Under the pieces are notes generated by a model. It saw nothing but the letters and a program-made list of their open reading frames with translations, did not search any database and was not told the DNA's origin. The position numbers and the translations under genes were made by a program. Below, piece after piece: positions 21,633 to 31,063 of a DNA stretch of 64,000 bases. The stretch is from an uncultured Collinsella sp. (lineage in GTDB: Bacteria; Actinomycetota; Coriobacteriia; Coriobacteriales; Coriobacteriaceae). Each line of letters opens with the position of its first letter. The first letter of the stretch is position 1. The stretch is taken from the NCBI GenBank assembly GCA_900539035.1, contig UQAU01000002.1:20771-84770 (forward strand), in the 5' to 3' direction.

Positions 21633-22511
21633 GTGATGGACATGACGGATATGACGAGGGCGGACGTGACGCGCCGTCGCTTTTTGCAGCTGGCTGGCGC
21701 CGGCATGCTCGCGCTGACGGGGACCGCGCTTGCCGGTTGCGGCAACTCCACCAGCGGCGAGGGCTCCGACAAGGGGTCCAAGCTTGCGGCCATCAAGTCG
21801 CGTGGCCATCTGAATGCCGGCGTTAAGAAGGACGTTCCCGGCTATGGCTATTACGATACCGCCAAGGGCTGCTTTGAGGGCATGGAAGTCGATTTGTGCT
21901 ACCAGATCGCCGCTGCCGTCTTTGGTGTGAGCTACAAGGATGCTCGCGCCCAGGAGCTAGTCGAGTTTACCGATGTAACGCCCAAGACGCGCGGCCCGCT
22001 GATCGATAACGGCCAACTCGATGTAGTCGCGGCGACCTACACCATCACCGACGAGCGCAAAAAGAGCTGGGATTTCTCGACGCCGTATCGCACCGACTAC
22101 GTGGGACTCATGGTCAAGAAGCGTTCGGGCTTTACCTCGATTGAGGACCTGGACGGCAAGGTCATCGGCGTGAGCCAGGGTGCTACCACGCAGGGCCTGA
22201 TCGAGCAGATGATCAAGGACAACGGCTTTAGCTGCAAGCCCGAGTTTAGGGCCTTTAGCGGCTACCCCATCATCAAGAGTTCGCTCGACGCCGGCAATAT
22301 CGACGTCTTTGCCATGGACCGCTCCACGCTGGCCGGTTACATGAACGAGACCGTTGAGCTGCTGCAGCCCGAGGTTAAGTTTGGCGAGCAGGGCTACGGC
22401 GTGGCGACCAAGAAGGGCTGCGACCTTTCGGCCGTGGTCGATCAGGTGATTTGCGATCGCCTGGCCGACGGCTGGCTCGACCAAGAGGTCAAGACCTGGG
22501 GTCTTGTATAG
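21633..22511 (+). CDS. Amino acid ABC transporter substrate-binding lipoprotein
   Basis: Tat/lipobox-like signal RRRFLQLAGAGMLALTGTALAGCGN followed by an SBP family-3 fold. The exact start among the tandem ATGs is uncertain. Confidence 0.8.
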   Translation: MMDMTDMTRADVTRRRFLQLAGAGMLALTGTALAGCGNSTSGEGSDKGSKLAAIKSRGHLNAGVKKDVPGYGYYDTAKGCFEGMEVDLCYQIAAAVFGVSYKDARAQELVEFTDVTPKTRGPLIDNGQLDVVAATYTITDERKKSWDFSTPYRTDYVGLMVKKRSGFTSIEDLDGKVIGVSQGATTQGLIEQMIKDNGFSCKPEFRAFSGYPIIKSSLDAGNIDVFAMDRSTLAGYMNETVELLQPEVKFGEQGYGVATKKGCDLSAVVDQVICDRLADGWLDQEVKTWGLV

Positions 22512-22536
22512 GCGCATCGTCCAAGGAAGGAATCAA

Positions 22537-23283
22537 ATGCTCGAAGGATTATTTGACGCTGACCGTTGGTCGACGACATTTCAAAACATGGGGCCCTTCT
22601 GGGAGGGCTTTAGCGTGACGCTACAGGTGGTCGTTGCCGGTCTGCTGCTGTCGCTGGTGCTGGGCACGCTACTGGGTGTGTTCTCTACCACTCGCTCGCG
22701 CGTGCTGCGCGCCATAAGCCGCGTGTACGTGGAGTTTTACCAGAACACCCCGCTGCCCGTACAGGTGCTCTTTATGTACATGGCCGGTCCGCAGTTTTTG
22801 CAGGCCATAACCGGTGCCGACCAGCCGGTGCGCATCGCGCCGTTCGTGCTGGGCTTCTTGGGTGTGGGCCTGTATCACGCGGCCTACATTTCGGAGGTCA
22901 TCCGCACTGGTATCGAGGCGGTTCCGCGCGGTCAGATGGAGGCGGCCCAGAGCCAGGGCTTTACCCGTGCGCAGGCGTACTGGTACATCGTGCTGCCCCA
23001 GACGTTCAAGATCATTCTGCCGCCGCTGTGTAACCAGGCGCTCAACCTGGTCAAGAACACGTCGGTGCTGGCGCTCGTGGCCGGCGGCGACCTTATGTAC
23101 CGTTCCGACAACTTTGTGAGTCTGTACGGTTACCTGCAGGGATACATCGTCTGCTGCCTTATGTACTTCATCATCTGCTTTCCGCTCGCCATGCTGGTGC
23201 AGTGGCTCGAGCGCCGCTCCAAGGAGCGTCCGCGCGGCGTGAGCCTGGCCGAGCTGGGGCTCGACAACGTAGAGGAGGCCTAG
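22537..23283 (+). CDS. Amino acid ABC transporter permease
   Basis: Polytopic, with an EAA-like loop (EAAQSQGFTRAQAYWYIVLPQ). Start at MLEGLF follows AGGAAGGAA. Confidence 0.8.
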   Translation: MLEGLFDADRWSTTFQNMGPFWEGFSVTLQVVVAGLLLSLVLGTLLGVFSTTRSRVLRAISRVYVEFYQNTPLPVQVLFMYMAGPQFLQAITGADQPVRIAPFVLGFLGVGLYHAAYISEVIRTGIEAVPRGQMEAAQSQGFTRAQAYWYIVLPQTFKIILPPLCNQALNLVKNTSVLALVAGGDLMYRSDNFVSLYGYLQGYIVCCLMYFIICFPLAMLVQWLERRSKERPRGVSLAELGLDNVEEA

Positions 23284-23286
23284 CGC

Positions 23287-23925
23287 ATGGAAATCTTCAA
23301 CGCGACCAACCTGCTCTACATTTGGGGCGGCTTTGTTAAGACGATCGAGATCTCGGCGCTGTCGATCTTTTTCTCGCTCATCTTTGGCACGGTGCTGGCG
23401 CTCGTTAAGAGTTATGCGCCCCGCCCGTTCCGTATTTTGGTGAGCGCCTATATCGAGTTGTTCCGCTGCACGCCAAACCTGCTGTGGATTCTGTTTATCT
23501 ACTTTACGGTGCAGGGTTTGGACATTGTGATTTCGACCATCGCCTTTACGCTGTTTACTAGCGCTGTTATGGCCGAGATTGTGCGCGGCGGCCTCAACTC
23601 GATTCCGCGCGGCCAGTTTGAGGCAGCGCAGAGCCAGGGCTTCGGCTTCTTTGCCACCATGCGCTACATCATTCTGCCGCAGACGTTTAAGACGATCATT
23701 CCGGCGCTGTTTAGCCAGTGCACGACCGTCATTAAGGACAGCTCGTATCTTTCGGGTATTAACGTGGCCGAGCTCATGTACACGGCGAACGTCGTGATGG
23801 CCCACGCGATCGACCTGTCGCAGGTGCTTATGCTCTACGGCCTGGTGTTTGCGATGTACTTTGTGCTCAACTTTGGTATCTCGTTGCTGGTGAGGGCTTA
23901 TCAGCGCCGTATCGTGGCAGCGTAG
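23287..23925 (+). CDS. Amino acid ABC transporter permease (second)
   Basis: Paralogous to the previous permease (EAAQSQGFGFFATMRYIILPQ). Confidence 0.8.
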   Translation: MEIFNATNLLYIWGGFVKTIEISALSIFFSLIFGTVLALVKSYAPRPFRILVSAYIELFRCTPNLLWILFIYFTVQGLDIVISTIAFTLFTSAVMAEIVRGGLNSIPRGQFEAAQSQGFGFFATMRYIILPQTFKTIIPALFSQCTTVIKDSSYLSGINVAELMYTANVVMAHAIDLSQVLMLYGLVFAMYFVLNFGISLLVRAYQRRIVAA

Positions 23926-23973
23926 AATGTGACAAAGGGACAGTCCCTTTGTCACATAGAGAAAGGAATCGCG

Positions 23974-24597
23974 ATGAGCGATCTGGAGAACAAGAAGAAT
24001 CCTGTGGTCATTACCATCGCGCGCGACTTTGGCGCCGAGGGCCACGAGATTGGTCGCATGCTTGCCGACGAGTTGGGGATTCCGCTGTACGACAACGAGC
24101 TGCTGGTGCGCGCGTCTCTGCGCGCGGGCGAGTCGCTCGATAAGATGGCCGCCTATGACGAACGTCTGGCCGTGGAGAACATGGCGTTCCTGCCCGACCG
24201 CTACGATGCGCGCTCGTACTCGGACAAGTTGTTCCAAAAGATGAGCCAGGTGATTTTGGATCTGGGCGAGACCGAGAGCTGCATTATTGAAGGTCGCCTG
24301 TCCGATTACCTGCTGCGTAACAACCCCAACCATATTGCCGTGTTGGTGACCGCACCCTTTGAGGACCGCGTCGAGATCGTGCGCAAGAAGCGTGGACTTA
24401 ACAAAAAGAAGGGCGCCAAGCTGGTCAAGCAGCAGCAGAAGGCGCGCGAGGCGTTCTACAAGCGCTACAGCGCCGGAAAGTGGAAGATGACGAGCGGCAA
24501 GGATATCGTCGTCAACCGCGCCAAGCTGGGCCGCGAGGGCTGCAAAGACGTTATCGCCGCTGCCTACCGCTACAAAGTGGCGCAACTCGAGGCTTAA
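23974..24597 (+). CDS. Cytidylate kinase-like family protein (AAA_33/Cytidylate_kin2)
   Basis: VVITIARDFGAEGHEIGRMLADELGIPLYDNELL. Start at MSDLENKK has an RBS. The upstream extension was discarded. Confidence 0.65.
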   Translation: MSDLENKKNPVVITIARDFGAEGHEIGRMLADELGIPLYDNELLVRASLRAGESLDKMAAYDERLAVENMAFLPDRYDARSYSDKLFQKMSQVILDLGETESCIIEGRLSDYLLRNNPNHIAVLVTAPFEDRVEIVRKKRGLNKKKGAKLVKQQQKAREAFYKRYSAGKWKMTSGKDIVVNRAKLGREGCKDVIAAAYRYKVAQLEA

Positions 24598-24723
24598 CCG
24601 ACCAAAACCACCACAAAGGGGACAGGCACCTTTGTGGTGGTGGGACGGCCGGCATAGAAAAAGTCCCCGCCGAGCGTGTGCTCGACAGGGACTTTGCCGT
24701 TTAATGGCTAGCGCTGAGGGTGA

Positions 24724-26133
24724 TTACTCGCCCAGCAGGCTCTTGGTGATGGAAGCGGCGGCCTTCTTGCCAGCGCCCATCGCCAGAATGACCGTAGCGG
24801 CACCGGTGACGATGTCGCCGCCGGCCCAGATGCGGGGATCGGTGGTCTGGCCGGTCTCCTCGTCGGCGACGATGTAGCCCCACTTGTTGAGCTCCATCTT
24901 GCCGCCGATCTTCTTTGCGAAGGGGTTGGCGTTGGTGCCGATAGCCGAGATCGCGACGTCGCAGGGGATCTCCTCGATGGCGCCCTCGATGGGCACCGGG
25001 CGACGACGGCCGGACTCGTCGGGCTCGCCGAGCTCCATCTTCTGGACCTTGACGGCGCACACGGAGCCGTCTTCGCCAGCGACAAACTCGAGCGGGGAAA
25101 CGAGCGGCAGAACCTCGACGCCCTCGGCCTTGGCGTGGTGCAGCTCGGCACGACGGCAGGGCATCTCGTCCTCGGTACGGCGGTAAGCGATGATGGCGTG
25201 CTCGGCGCCCAGACGCTTGGCGGTACGGACGGCGTCCATAGCCACGTTGCCGCCGCCAAAGACAACGACGTTCTTGCCGTGCTTGGTGGGGGTGTCGTAC
25301 TCGGGGAACTTGTTGGCCTTCATCAGGTTCACGCGGGTGAGGTACTCGTTTGCGAAGAAGACGTTGGGCAGGTTCTCGCCGGAGACGTTGAGGAACTTGG
25401 GCAGGCCAGCGCCGGTCGCCACGTAGATGGCGTCGAAGCCCTGCTCGAACAGCTCCTCGGCCGTGGCCATGTTGCCCACGACGGAGTTGTACTCAAACTT
25501 GACGCCCATGTCCTCCAGGCCGTCAATCTCGCGCTTGACGACCGCCTTGGGCAGACGGAACTCGGGGATGCCGTAGACCAGCACGCCGCCGCCGGTGAAG
25601 AAGGCCTCGAAGACGGTAACGTCAAAGCCGTTACGGGCGAGCTCGCCGGCGCAGGTGATGCCGGACGGGCCGGAGCCGATGACGGCGACCTTCTTGCCGT
25701 TCTTGGGGGCCATCTTGGGCGTGGAGGCGAGCTCGGGGCGATCACCCAGGAAGCGCTCGAGCTGGCCGATGGCCACGGGCTCGGACTTCTTACCACGGAT
25801 GCACTTGCCCTCGCACTGGTTCTCCTGCGGGCAGACGCGGCCGCAGATGGCGGGAAGCATGGAGTCCTCGCGGATGGTATCGAGAGCGCCGCCGAAGTCC
25901 TTCGCGCGGATCTGCTCGATAAAGCGGGGAATGTTGATGTTGACGGGGCAGCCCTCAACACAGAACGGCTTCTTGCAGTTGAGGCAGCGCTCGGCCTCGG
26001 CCAGCGCCATCTCCTCGGTGAAGCCCTTGTCGACGGGGCGGAAGTCGCAGGCGCGCTCGGCAGCCGGCTCCTCGTTATCGGGGGTGCGGGGCGACTTCAT
26101 ATCGGCAACGAAACGACCGTTAACTAGTGGCAT
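24724..26133 (-). CDS. nfnB: NADPH-dependent glutamate-synthase-small-chain-like FAD/NAD(P) oxidoreductase with an N-terminal 2x[4Fe-4S] region (NfnB/SudA type)
   Basis: CLNCKKPFCVEGCPVNINIP ferredoxin-like motifs followed by VAVIGSGPSGITCA and a second Rossmann motif. 469 aa. Confidence 0.8.
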   Translation of the reverse strand: MPLVNGRFVADMKSPRTPDNEEPAAERACDFRPVDKGFTEEMALAEAERCLNCKKPFCVEGCPVNINIPRFIEQIRAKDFGGALDTIREDSMLPAICGRVCPQENQCEGKCIRGKKSEPVAIGQLERFLGDRPELASTPKMAPKNGKKVAVIGSGPSGITCAGELARNGFDVTVFEAFFTGGGVLVYGIPEFRLPKAVVKREIDGLEDMGVKFEYNSVVGNMATAEELFEQGFDAIYVATGAGLPKFLNVSGENLPNVFFANEYLTRVNLMKANKFPEYDTPTKHGKNVVVFGGGNVAMDAVRTAKRLGAEHAIIAYRRTEDEMPCRRAELHHAKAEGVEVLPLVSPLEFVAGEDGSVCAVKVQKMELGEPDESGRRRPVPIEGAIEEIPCDVAISAIGTNANPFAKKIGGKMELNKWGYIVADEETGQTTDPRIWAGGDIVTGAATVILAMGAGKKAAASITKSLLGE

Positions 26134-26963
26134 GCGCAGCTCTTTTCCTCATAGGCCTTGAGGGACTCGCCCTCTTCGGAACGGTAAGCGGCCTGGCGGG
26201 CACGAAGGTCATCCCAGTCGACCAGGGTGGCATCGAAGTCGGGGCCGTCGACGCAAGCGAACTTGGTCACGCCGCCCACCTCGACGCGGCAGCAGCCGCA
26301 CATGCCGGTGCCGTCAACCATGATGGGGTTGAGGGACGCGGTGATGGGGGTGTCGTACTTCTGGGCGGTGAGGGTCGAGAACTTCATCATCGGAACGGGG
26401 CCGACGCAGAAGACCTGGCTCACGGCCTTGTCCTGCAGCAGACGCTCCAGCGGAGCGGTGACAACGCCCTGCTCGCCGTAGGAGCCGTCGTCGGTGGTGA
26501 TGTGGATGTGGTCCTCGTCGAGGAGCTCGCGGAACTGGTCCTCCATGAGCAGGAGGTCCTTGGTGCGGGCGCCCATGATGGCGTGAACCTCGTGGCCGGT
26601 CTCGACCAGGTGCTTGGCGACCGGGAAGGCAATTGCCAGGCCGACGCCGCCGCCAATGACGGCGCAGGGGCCCTCGGCCATCTCGGTGGGAACGCCCAGC
26701 GGGCCCACGACGTCGCGCAGCGACTCGCCTGCCTCGTAGGTGGAAAGCATCTCGGTGGTCTTGCCGATCACCATGAAGATGAACTCGACCCAGCCCTCGT
26801 CACCGTTCCAGCCGGCCAGGGTAAACGGGACACGCTCGCCCGTCTCGTTGGCGCGGACCATGAGGAACTGTCCAGCGTGCGCATGCTTGGCGATTGCAGG
26901 CGCCTCGATGCGGAACTTGAACACCTTCTCCGAGAACTGCGTCTTCTCCAGGATCTTATACAT
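26124..26963 (-). CDS. nfnA: Ferredoxin-NADP+ reductase-like FAD/2Fe-2S subunit (NfnA/SudB/PyrK type)
   Basis: FNR-like fold with a C-terminal Cys cluster CGCCRVEVGGVTKFACVDGP. Overlaps the nfnB start by 10 nt. Confidence 0.75.
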   Translation of the reverse strand: MYKILEKTQFSEKVFKFRIEAPAIAKHAHAGQFLMVRANETGERVPFTLAGWNGDEGWVEFIFMVIGKTTEMLSTYEAGESLRDVVGPLGVPTEMAEGPCAVIGGGVGLAIAFPVAKHLVETGHEVHAIMGARTKDLLLMEDQFRELLDEDHIHITTDDGSYGEQGVVTAPLERLLQDKAVSQVFCVGPVPMMKFSTLTAQKYDTPITASLNPIMVDGTGMCGCCRVEVGGVTKFACVDGPDFDATLVDWDDLRARQAAYRSEEGESLKAYEEKSCACH

Positions 26964-27322
26964 AGAACCCCTCTCTTGTTAGGGCCGCCGAACCGTGCCT
27001 CCACGGAAATGGACGGTAGCCCGAGTAAAACCGTACGCGCACAGGCGTTGTGCAGACATACGGTGCAAATTATACCCTCATGGACATGTCACTTACGTGT
27101 GTCTTCGGCAGGTGGGAAAAGTGACCTGCCAAAAAGGGACAGGTTTATTTTGGTCGGTTTTATCAGGCAAAACGGCAAAGGGGGCCGGCCTCGCGCTTCG
27201 TTGAGGCCGGCCCCCTTTGGGGCGTTGCATATGTATAGCGGCACAGGGTTTATTGCGACGCAGCCGCCGCGGCGTTTCCGCAGATGAAACCTGCCAAAAT
27301 AAACATCCCTAAATGGTAGGTT

Positions 27323-27958
27323 TTAGTGCTTGCCGTTGGCGGAAGCGGCGCCGTTTACGTGATCACGGGCGTAGATTACGCCGTGGACGATGGCCAGACC
27401 GGCGGCATCTGCGGCGCGGGCGCAGGTGTCCTGGAAATCCTCGGCTTCGCGGGCGCGCAGCTGCTTAAGAACGTAGTCGGCGACGGCCATCTTGCCGGGA
27501 GGGTTGCCGATGCCGGTGCGGATACGGCTAAAGTCGCGGCTGCCCATCTTGTCGATGATGGAACGCAGGCCGTTGTGACCGGCATGGCCTCCGCCCACCT
27601 TAACACGCACGTCGCCGGCGGGAATATCGAGCTCGTCGTGGATGACGAGCAGCTCCTCGGCCTTGATCTTGTACTCGCGGCAGAGCTTGGAGATGGGCCC
27701 GCCCGAGGTGTTCATGTACGACTGCGGCTTGACCAGTACAATCTGGCGCTTGCCGTTCTCTTCCTCGGCATCGTTGATGTTGATGAGCGCGACCTCGGCG
27801 CCTGCTTGGTTTTTCCAGTACGTGACGCCGGCCTGACGGGCCAGCTCGTCGATCGCCTTAAAACCGGCGTTGTGGCGGGTCTCGGCATACTCATCGCCAG
27901 GGTTGCCAAGTCCGGCAACCATGCGAATCTTAAGCGGCTGTGCAGCTGCCATGTTCAT
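27323..27958 (-). CDS. pth: Peptidyl-tRNA hydrolase
   Basis: KIRMVAGLGNPGDEYAETRHNAGF. Start moved to MNMAAAQ; the ORF-track N-terminal 33 codons look non-coding. Confidence 0.9.
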   Translation of the reverse strand: MNMAAAQPLKIRMVAGLGNPGDEYAETRHNAGFKAIDELARQAGVTYWKNQAGAEVALININDAEEENGKRQIVLVKPQSYMNTSGGPISKLCREYKIKAEELLVIHDELDIPAGDVRVKVGGGHAGHNGLRSIIDKMGSRDFSRIRTGIGNPPGKMAVADYVLKQLRAREAEDFQDTCARAADAAGLAIVHGVIYARDHVNGAASANGKH

Positions 27959-28067
27959 CCTTTCGTTGATTTGTCGCCTGCTATGGTGAGCGACCCTGTT
28001 GCCGCTGTCAAATGGAGGGCAATTGAGGTTGTTTGGGGGCGTTTGGACGGCCGTCAAAATCCGAGGT

Positions 28068-28269
28068 GGACAGTTAGTTCAGATACGTATAAGTTCTGAG
28101 GACTCGAATTGCTCAATTCAATGCCGATACGTTGTTTTGGAACTTTAGTTAGTCCATATGACGCTGTTTTGAAGTCTACCCCGCTTTCAAATAGGGCGAA
28201 TGGTATAGAGATAGCTGCAAAACAGCCTAATTCAATGTGTCTATTTATACGTATTTGAACTAACTGTCC
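28068..28269. mobile_element. 202-bp element bounded by 25-bp terminal inverted repeats (GGACAGTTAGTTCAGATACGTATAAG ... TTATACGTATTTGAACTAACTGTCC), MITE-like, copy 1
   Basis: The TIRs are reverse complements with 1 mismatch. The ends are shared with copy 2 at 29598-29799. Confidence 0.5.
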
Positions 28270-28303
28270 AGCCCTGTTCGACGGCGCACGGGTGATTCGC
28301 CGT

Positions 28304-29431
28304 TTAGACCGGCGCAAGGCCGATTCCGGCCCGCAGAGCGTTGAGCCAAGCGGCCTGACGCTTGCGATAGCCCTTGATGCGATATCGGAATCGGACTCCT
28401 GCGAGTCGATGCATCGTTTGGGCGAAGGCTTCGAGTGCAACAAGGTCTTTCATTTGGTCGCGATTGATAACCAGGACGTGGATACCCATGGCTTTAAGGC
28501 CATTGTTGCGATTGCCATCGTGGATGCGGGCGTTTTGAAGCTCATGTCCAATTCCGTTGTATTCGTTGTCGACTCCGGCGGCCGGGCAATATAAGTCGCA
28601 GATGGCGTAGGGGATGCCCGAGGACATGTTGACCGCAAGGGTGTCGAAATCGACACGATAGTTGAGCAGCAGGCCTCCCATGGGCAAACTGCAACACCCG
28701 AATCCGCCAAAGCGCATGGGCGCGCCCAGGACGGCGAACATCAATGATTCCGCTGGGGATGCGGATCCGGCCCGGGCGAGTTTGACAGCCGTACGAAACG
28801 AGGCGTAGGAACTACTTTTGGCAAACCGTGCGACTGCCTCGAGCTCTTCGATGGTTGTAGCGGGTTCGCATCTATAGTGTGCCTGTTCGTAGCGTGTTTC
28901 GGCTGGCTTTTCGGGTGTCGGTTGGTCGCCCTGGCAATCGAGGTCGTCCATCGCTTCGAAGCTGTTGGCCTTGGGCCACGTGTCGTCGTAGGCGATGGGG
29001 TAAGTTGCCTCGGGCGGAAGTGAGTAGGTTCCGAGCAGCTCCATAAGAAGCATCAAGGTTTTGGCGACTGATTCATTCTTGGAACAAAGCATGGCTGTCA
29101 TGGCAGGAGACGTAGCGTAGATGTCGGCCTCGACGTGCATAATTGCACCTTCAGGAAGCGGAGCGGAGAGAATATGCTGAAGAAGTCGCTTGTCGGGGCG
29201 CCTGTTGTCTTCGTTTGAAACGAGAAGATCGAGTAGTTCGGAATCATCTTCATTCCAGGCGTCGAGTATCGAAAGTGCGCCAAAGTCTATCGCGTCATTG
29301 TTGGGAATGCAGCCAGCCAAGGCCTGTGCTTGCTGTTCGCTATCAACGGAGTCCCAGGGTAGGGCAGAGTACGCCCGTCGTGCGCGACGAATTGCGCGGA
29401 GGGCGGAGAAATGTGAAATCACGGTCGTCAT
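28304..29431 (-). CDS. Hypothetical protein (375 aa), orphan gene flanked by the two TIR elements
   Basis: Long ORF with protein-like composition. No family recognised. Sits between pth and prs. Confidence 0.5.
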   Translation of the reverse strand: MTTVISHFSALRAIRRARRAYSALPWDSVDSEQQAQALAGCIPNNDAIDFGALSILDAWNEDDSELLDLLVSNEDNRRPDKRLLQHILSAPLPEGAIMHVEADIYATSPAMTAMLCSKNESVAKTLMLLMELLGTYSLPPEATYPIAYDDTWPKANSFEAMDDLDCQGDQPTPEKPAETRYEQAHYRCEPATTIEELEAVARFAKSSSYASFRTAVKLARAGSASPAESLMFAVLGAPMRFGGFGCCSLPMGGLLLNYRVDFDTLAVNMSSGIPYAICDLYCPAAGVDNEYNGIGHELQNARIHDGNRNNGLKAMGIHVLVINRDQMKDLVALEAFAQTMHRLAGVRFRYRIKGYRKRQAAWLNALRAGIGLAPV

Positions 29432-29597
29432 AGCTATAAGGTACTAATCCGTTGGCGAAACGATATTGCCGTATCGTTCTTTTCGCTCAAAGGGGAGTCG
29501 CGCGCCGCGGGCGGTAGCGTGATCATGTGGAATTCCTTGAAAAAGTGGAGAATGGAGCGATGTGCTGGCCTTGGAGGCATCTACTGAGGTGGGTGTT

Positions 29598-29799
29598 GGG
29601 CAGTTAGTTCAGATTTGTATAAGGCGACCGGGGTGTATTGCCGTTGTTGAAGGAATCGGTGGGCAAAATGGGGCCAATGGCATGGTGAAGAGATCCATAG
29701 GCGGAGGGATCGAGCGGAATTATGCCGGCAAGAGGGCTTTCGACGTATTAAATGACCCAAACGAATGCCTAAATAAATACAAATCTGAACTAACTGTCC
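29598..29799. mobile_element. 202-bp TIR-bounded element, copy 2 (GGGCAGTTAGTTCAGATTTGTATAAGG ... AATACAAATCTGAACTAACTGTCC)
   Basis: Same terminal 25 bp and identical 202-bp length as copy 1. The interior is strongly diverged. Confidence 0.5.
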
Positions 29800-29827
29800 A
29801 TAGCAGGTTGTCGAGGGGTAGAAAAAG

Positions 29828-29862
29828 GGTCGGAAGCGAGCTTCCGACCCTTTAAAAACACC
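29828..29862 (-). terminator. prs terminator (GGGTCGGAAGCTCGCTTCCGACCC + T-run on the minus strand)
   Basis: Hairpin immediately downstream of the prs stop. Confidence 0.5.
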
Positions 29863-29886
29863 AAAGATGATGAGATGCACGCTGGA

Positions 29887-30873
29887 TTACAGCGCGAAGT
29901 CGCCGCCGACGAGCGTAGAGACGGGCTCCTCGTGGTAAACGGCGGAGATGGCCTGAGCGAACTCCTCGGCGACCGAGATGGTCTTGATCTTGCCGCCGAC
30001 CTCGACGGGAATGGCGTCGGTGACGAGGCACTCGACGATCGGGGCGTCGTTCAGACGCTCGATGGCCGGACCGGAGAAGATGCCGTGGGTGGCGCAGACG
30101 TAGATGTCGCCAGCGCCCATAGCCTTGAGCTCCTTGACGTTGGCGCACAGGGTGCCAGCGGTGTCGATCATGTCGTCGTTGATGATGCAGGTCTTGCCCT
30201 TGATGTCACCGATGATGCCCATGACCTCGGCGGCGTTGTGGCGCGGACGGCCCTTGTGGGCGATGGCCAGGTCGCAGCCGAGCATGTCGGACAGCTTCTT
30301 GGCGGCCTTGGCGCGGCCCACATCGGGGGAGACGACAACCAGGTTGTCGGTGTCGAAGTGCATGTCGTTGTAGTACTGGCCAAACAGCGGCAGTGCGGAC
30401 AGGTGGTTAACCGGGATATCGAAGAAGCCCTGGATCTGGCCCTGGTGCAGGTCGAGGGTGATGATGCGGTTGACGCCGGCGCGCTCGAGCAGATTGGCGA
30501 CGAGGCGGGCGGTGATGGGCTCACGCGGGCCGGCCTTGCGGTCCTGGCGGGCATAGCCGTAGTGGGTGATAACGGCGGTGATGGAGCGGGCGGATGCGCG
30601 CTTGGCAGCGTCGGTGGCGATGAGCAGCTCCATGAGCATGTCGTTGACGTTGCCGCCGGCCACGGACTGAATCAGGAAGACGTCGGCGCCGCGGACGGTC
30701 TCGTCGTAGCGGGCGTAAATCTCACCGTTGGCGAACTGCTTTAGCGTAAGGCCCGAAAGCTCGACCCCAAGGTACTCAGCAATCTTCTGAGCGAGGGGAC
30801 GGTTGGAGGAACCGGAATACACGCGGATGGACTTGCGCATATTCTCCGACTTCTCGGGATCATTAATCGGCAT
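29887..30873 (-). CDS. prs: Ribose-phosphate pyrophosphokinase
   Basis: IRVYSGSSNRPLAQKIAEYLGVELSGLTLKQFANGEIY plus a PRPP-binding motif. AAGGAG RBS. Confidence 0.9.
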   Translation of the reverse strand: MPINDPEKSENMRKSIRVYSGSSNRPLAQKIAEYLGVELSGLTLKQFANGEIYARYDETVRGADVFLIQSVAGGNVNDMLMELLIATDAAKRASARSITAVITHYGYARQDRKAGPREPITARLVANLLERAGVNRIITLDLHQGQIQGFFDIPVNHLSALPLFGQYYNDMHFDTDNLVVVSPDVGRAKAAKKLSDMLGCDLAIAHKGRPRHNAAEVMGIIGDIKGKTCIINDDMIDTAGTLCANVKELKAMGAGDIYVCATHGIFSGPAIERLNDAPIVECLVTDAIPVEVGGKIKTISVAEEFAQAISAVYHEEPVSTLVGGDFAL

Positions 30874-31063
30874 TACCCTTCTCCTTTATATCGAATGCCA
30901 TATAGATGCCTTGTTGCATTGTAACCGCGCGGCGGGGTTTATCGAGTCTTGATAACGTCTTTACCGTCAACGGACACGAACCGACCACTCATCCGGCCGC
31001 GCAGGTCACGATAGAAAAAGGAGCCGTTCCCAGGGAACAGCTCCTTTTGTGCTTGGTAAAACG

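Noticed and set aside
29562-29880. 97-aa and 99-aa ORFs overlapping TIR element copy 2
   Set aside because: They overlap each other on opposite strands and coincide with the repeat element and the prs terminator. No coding signal.
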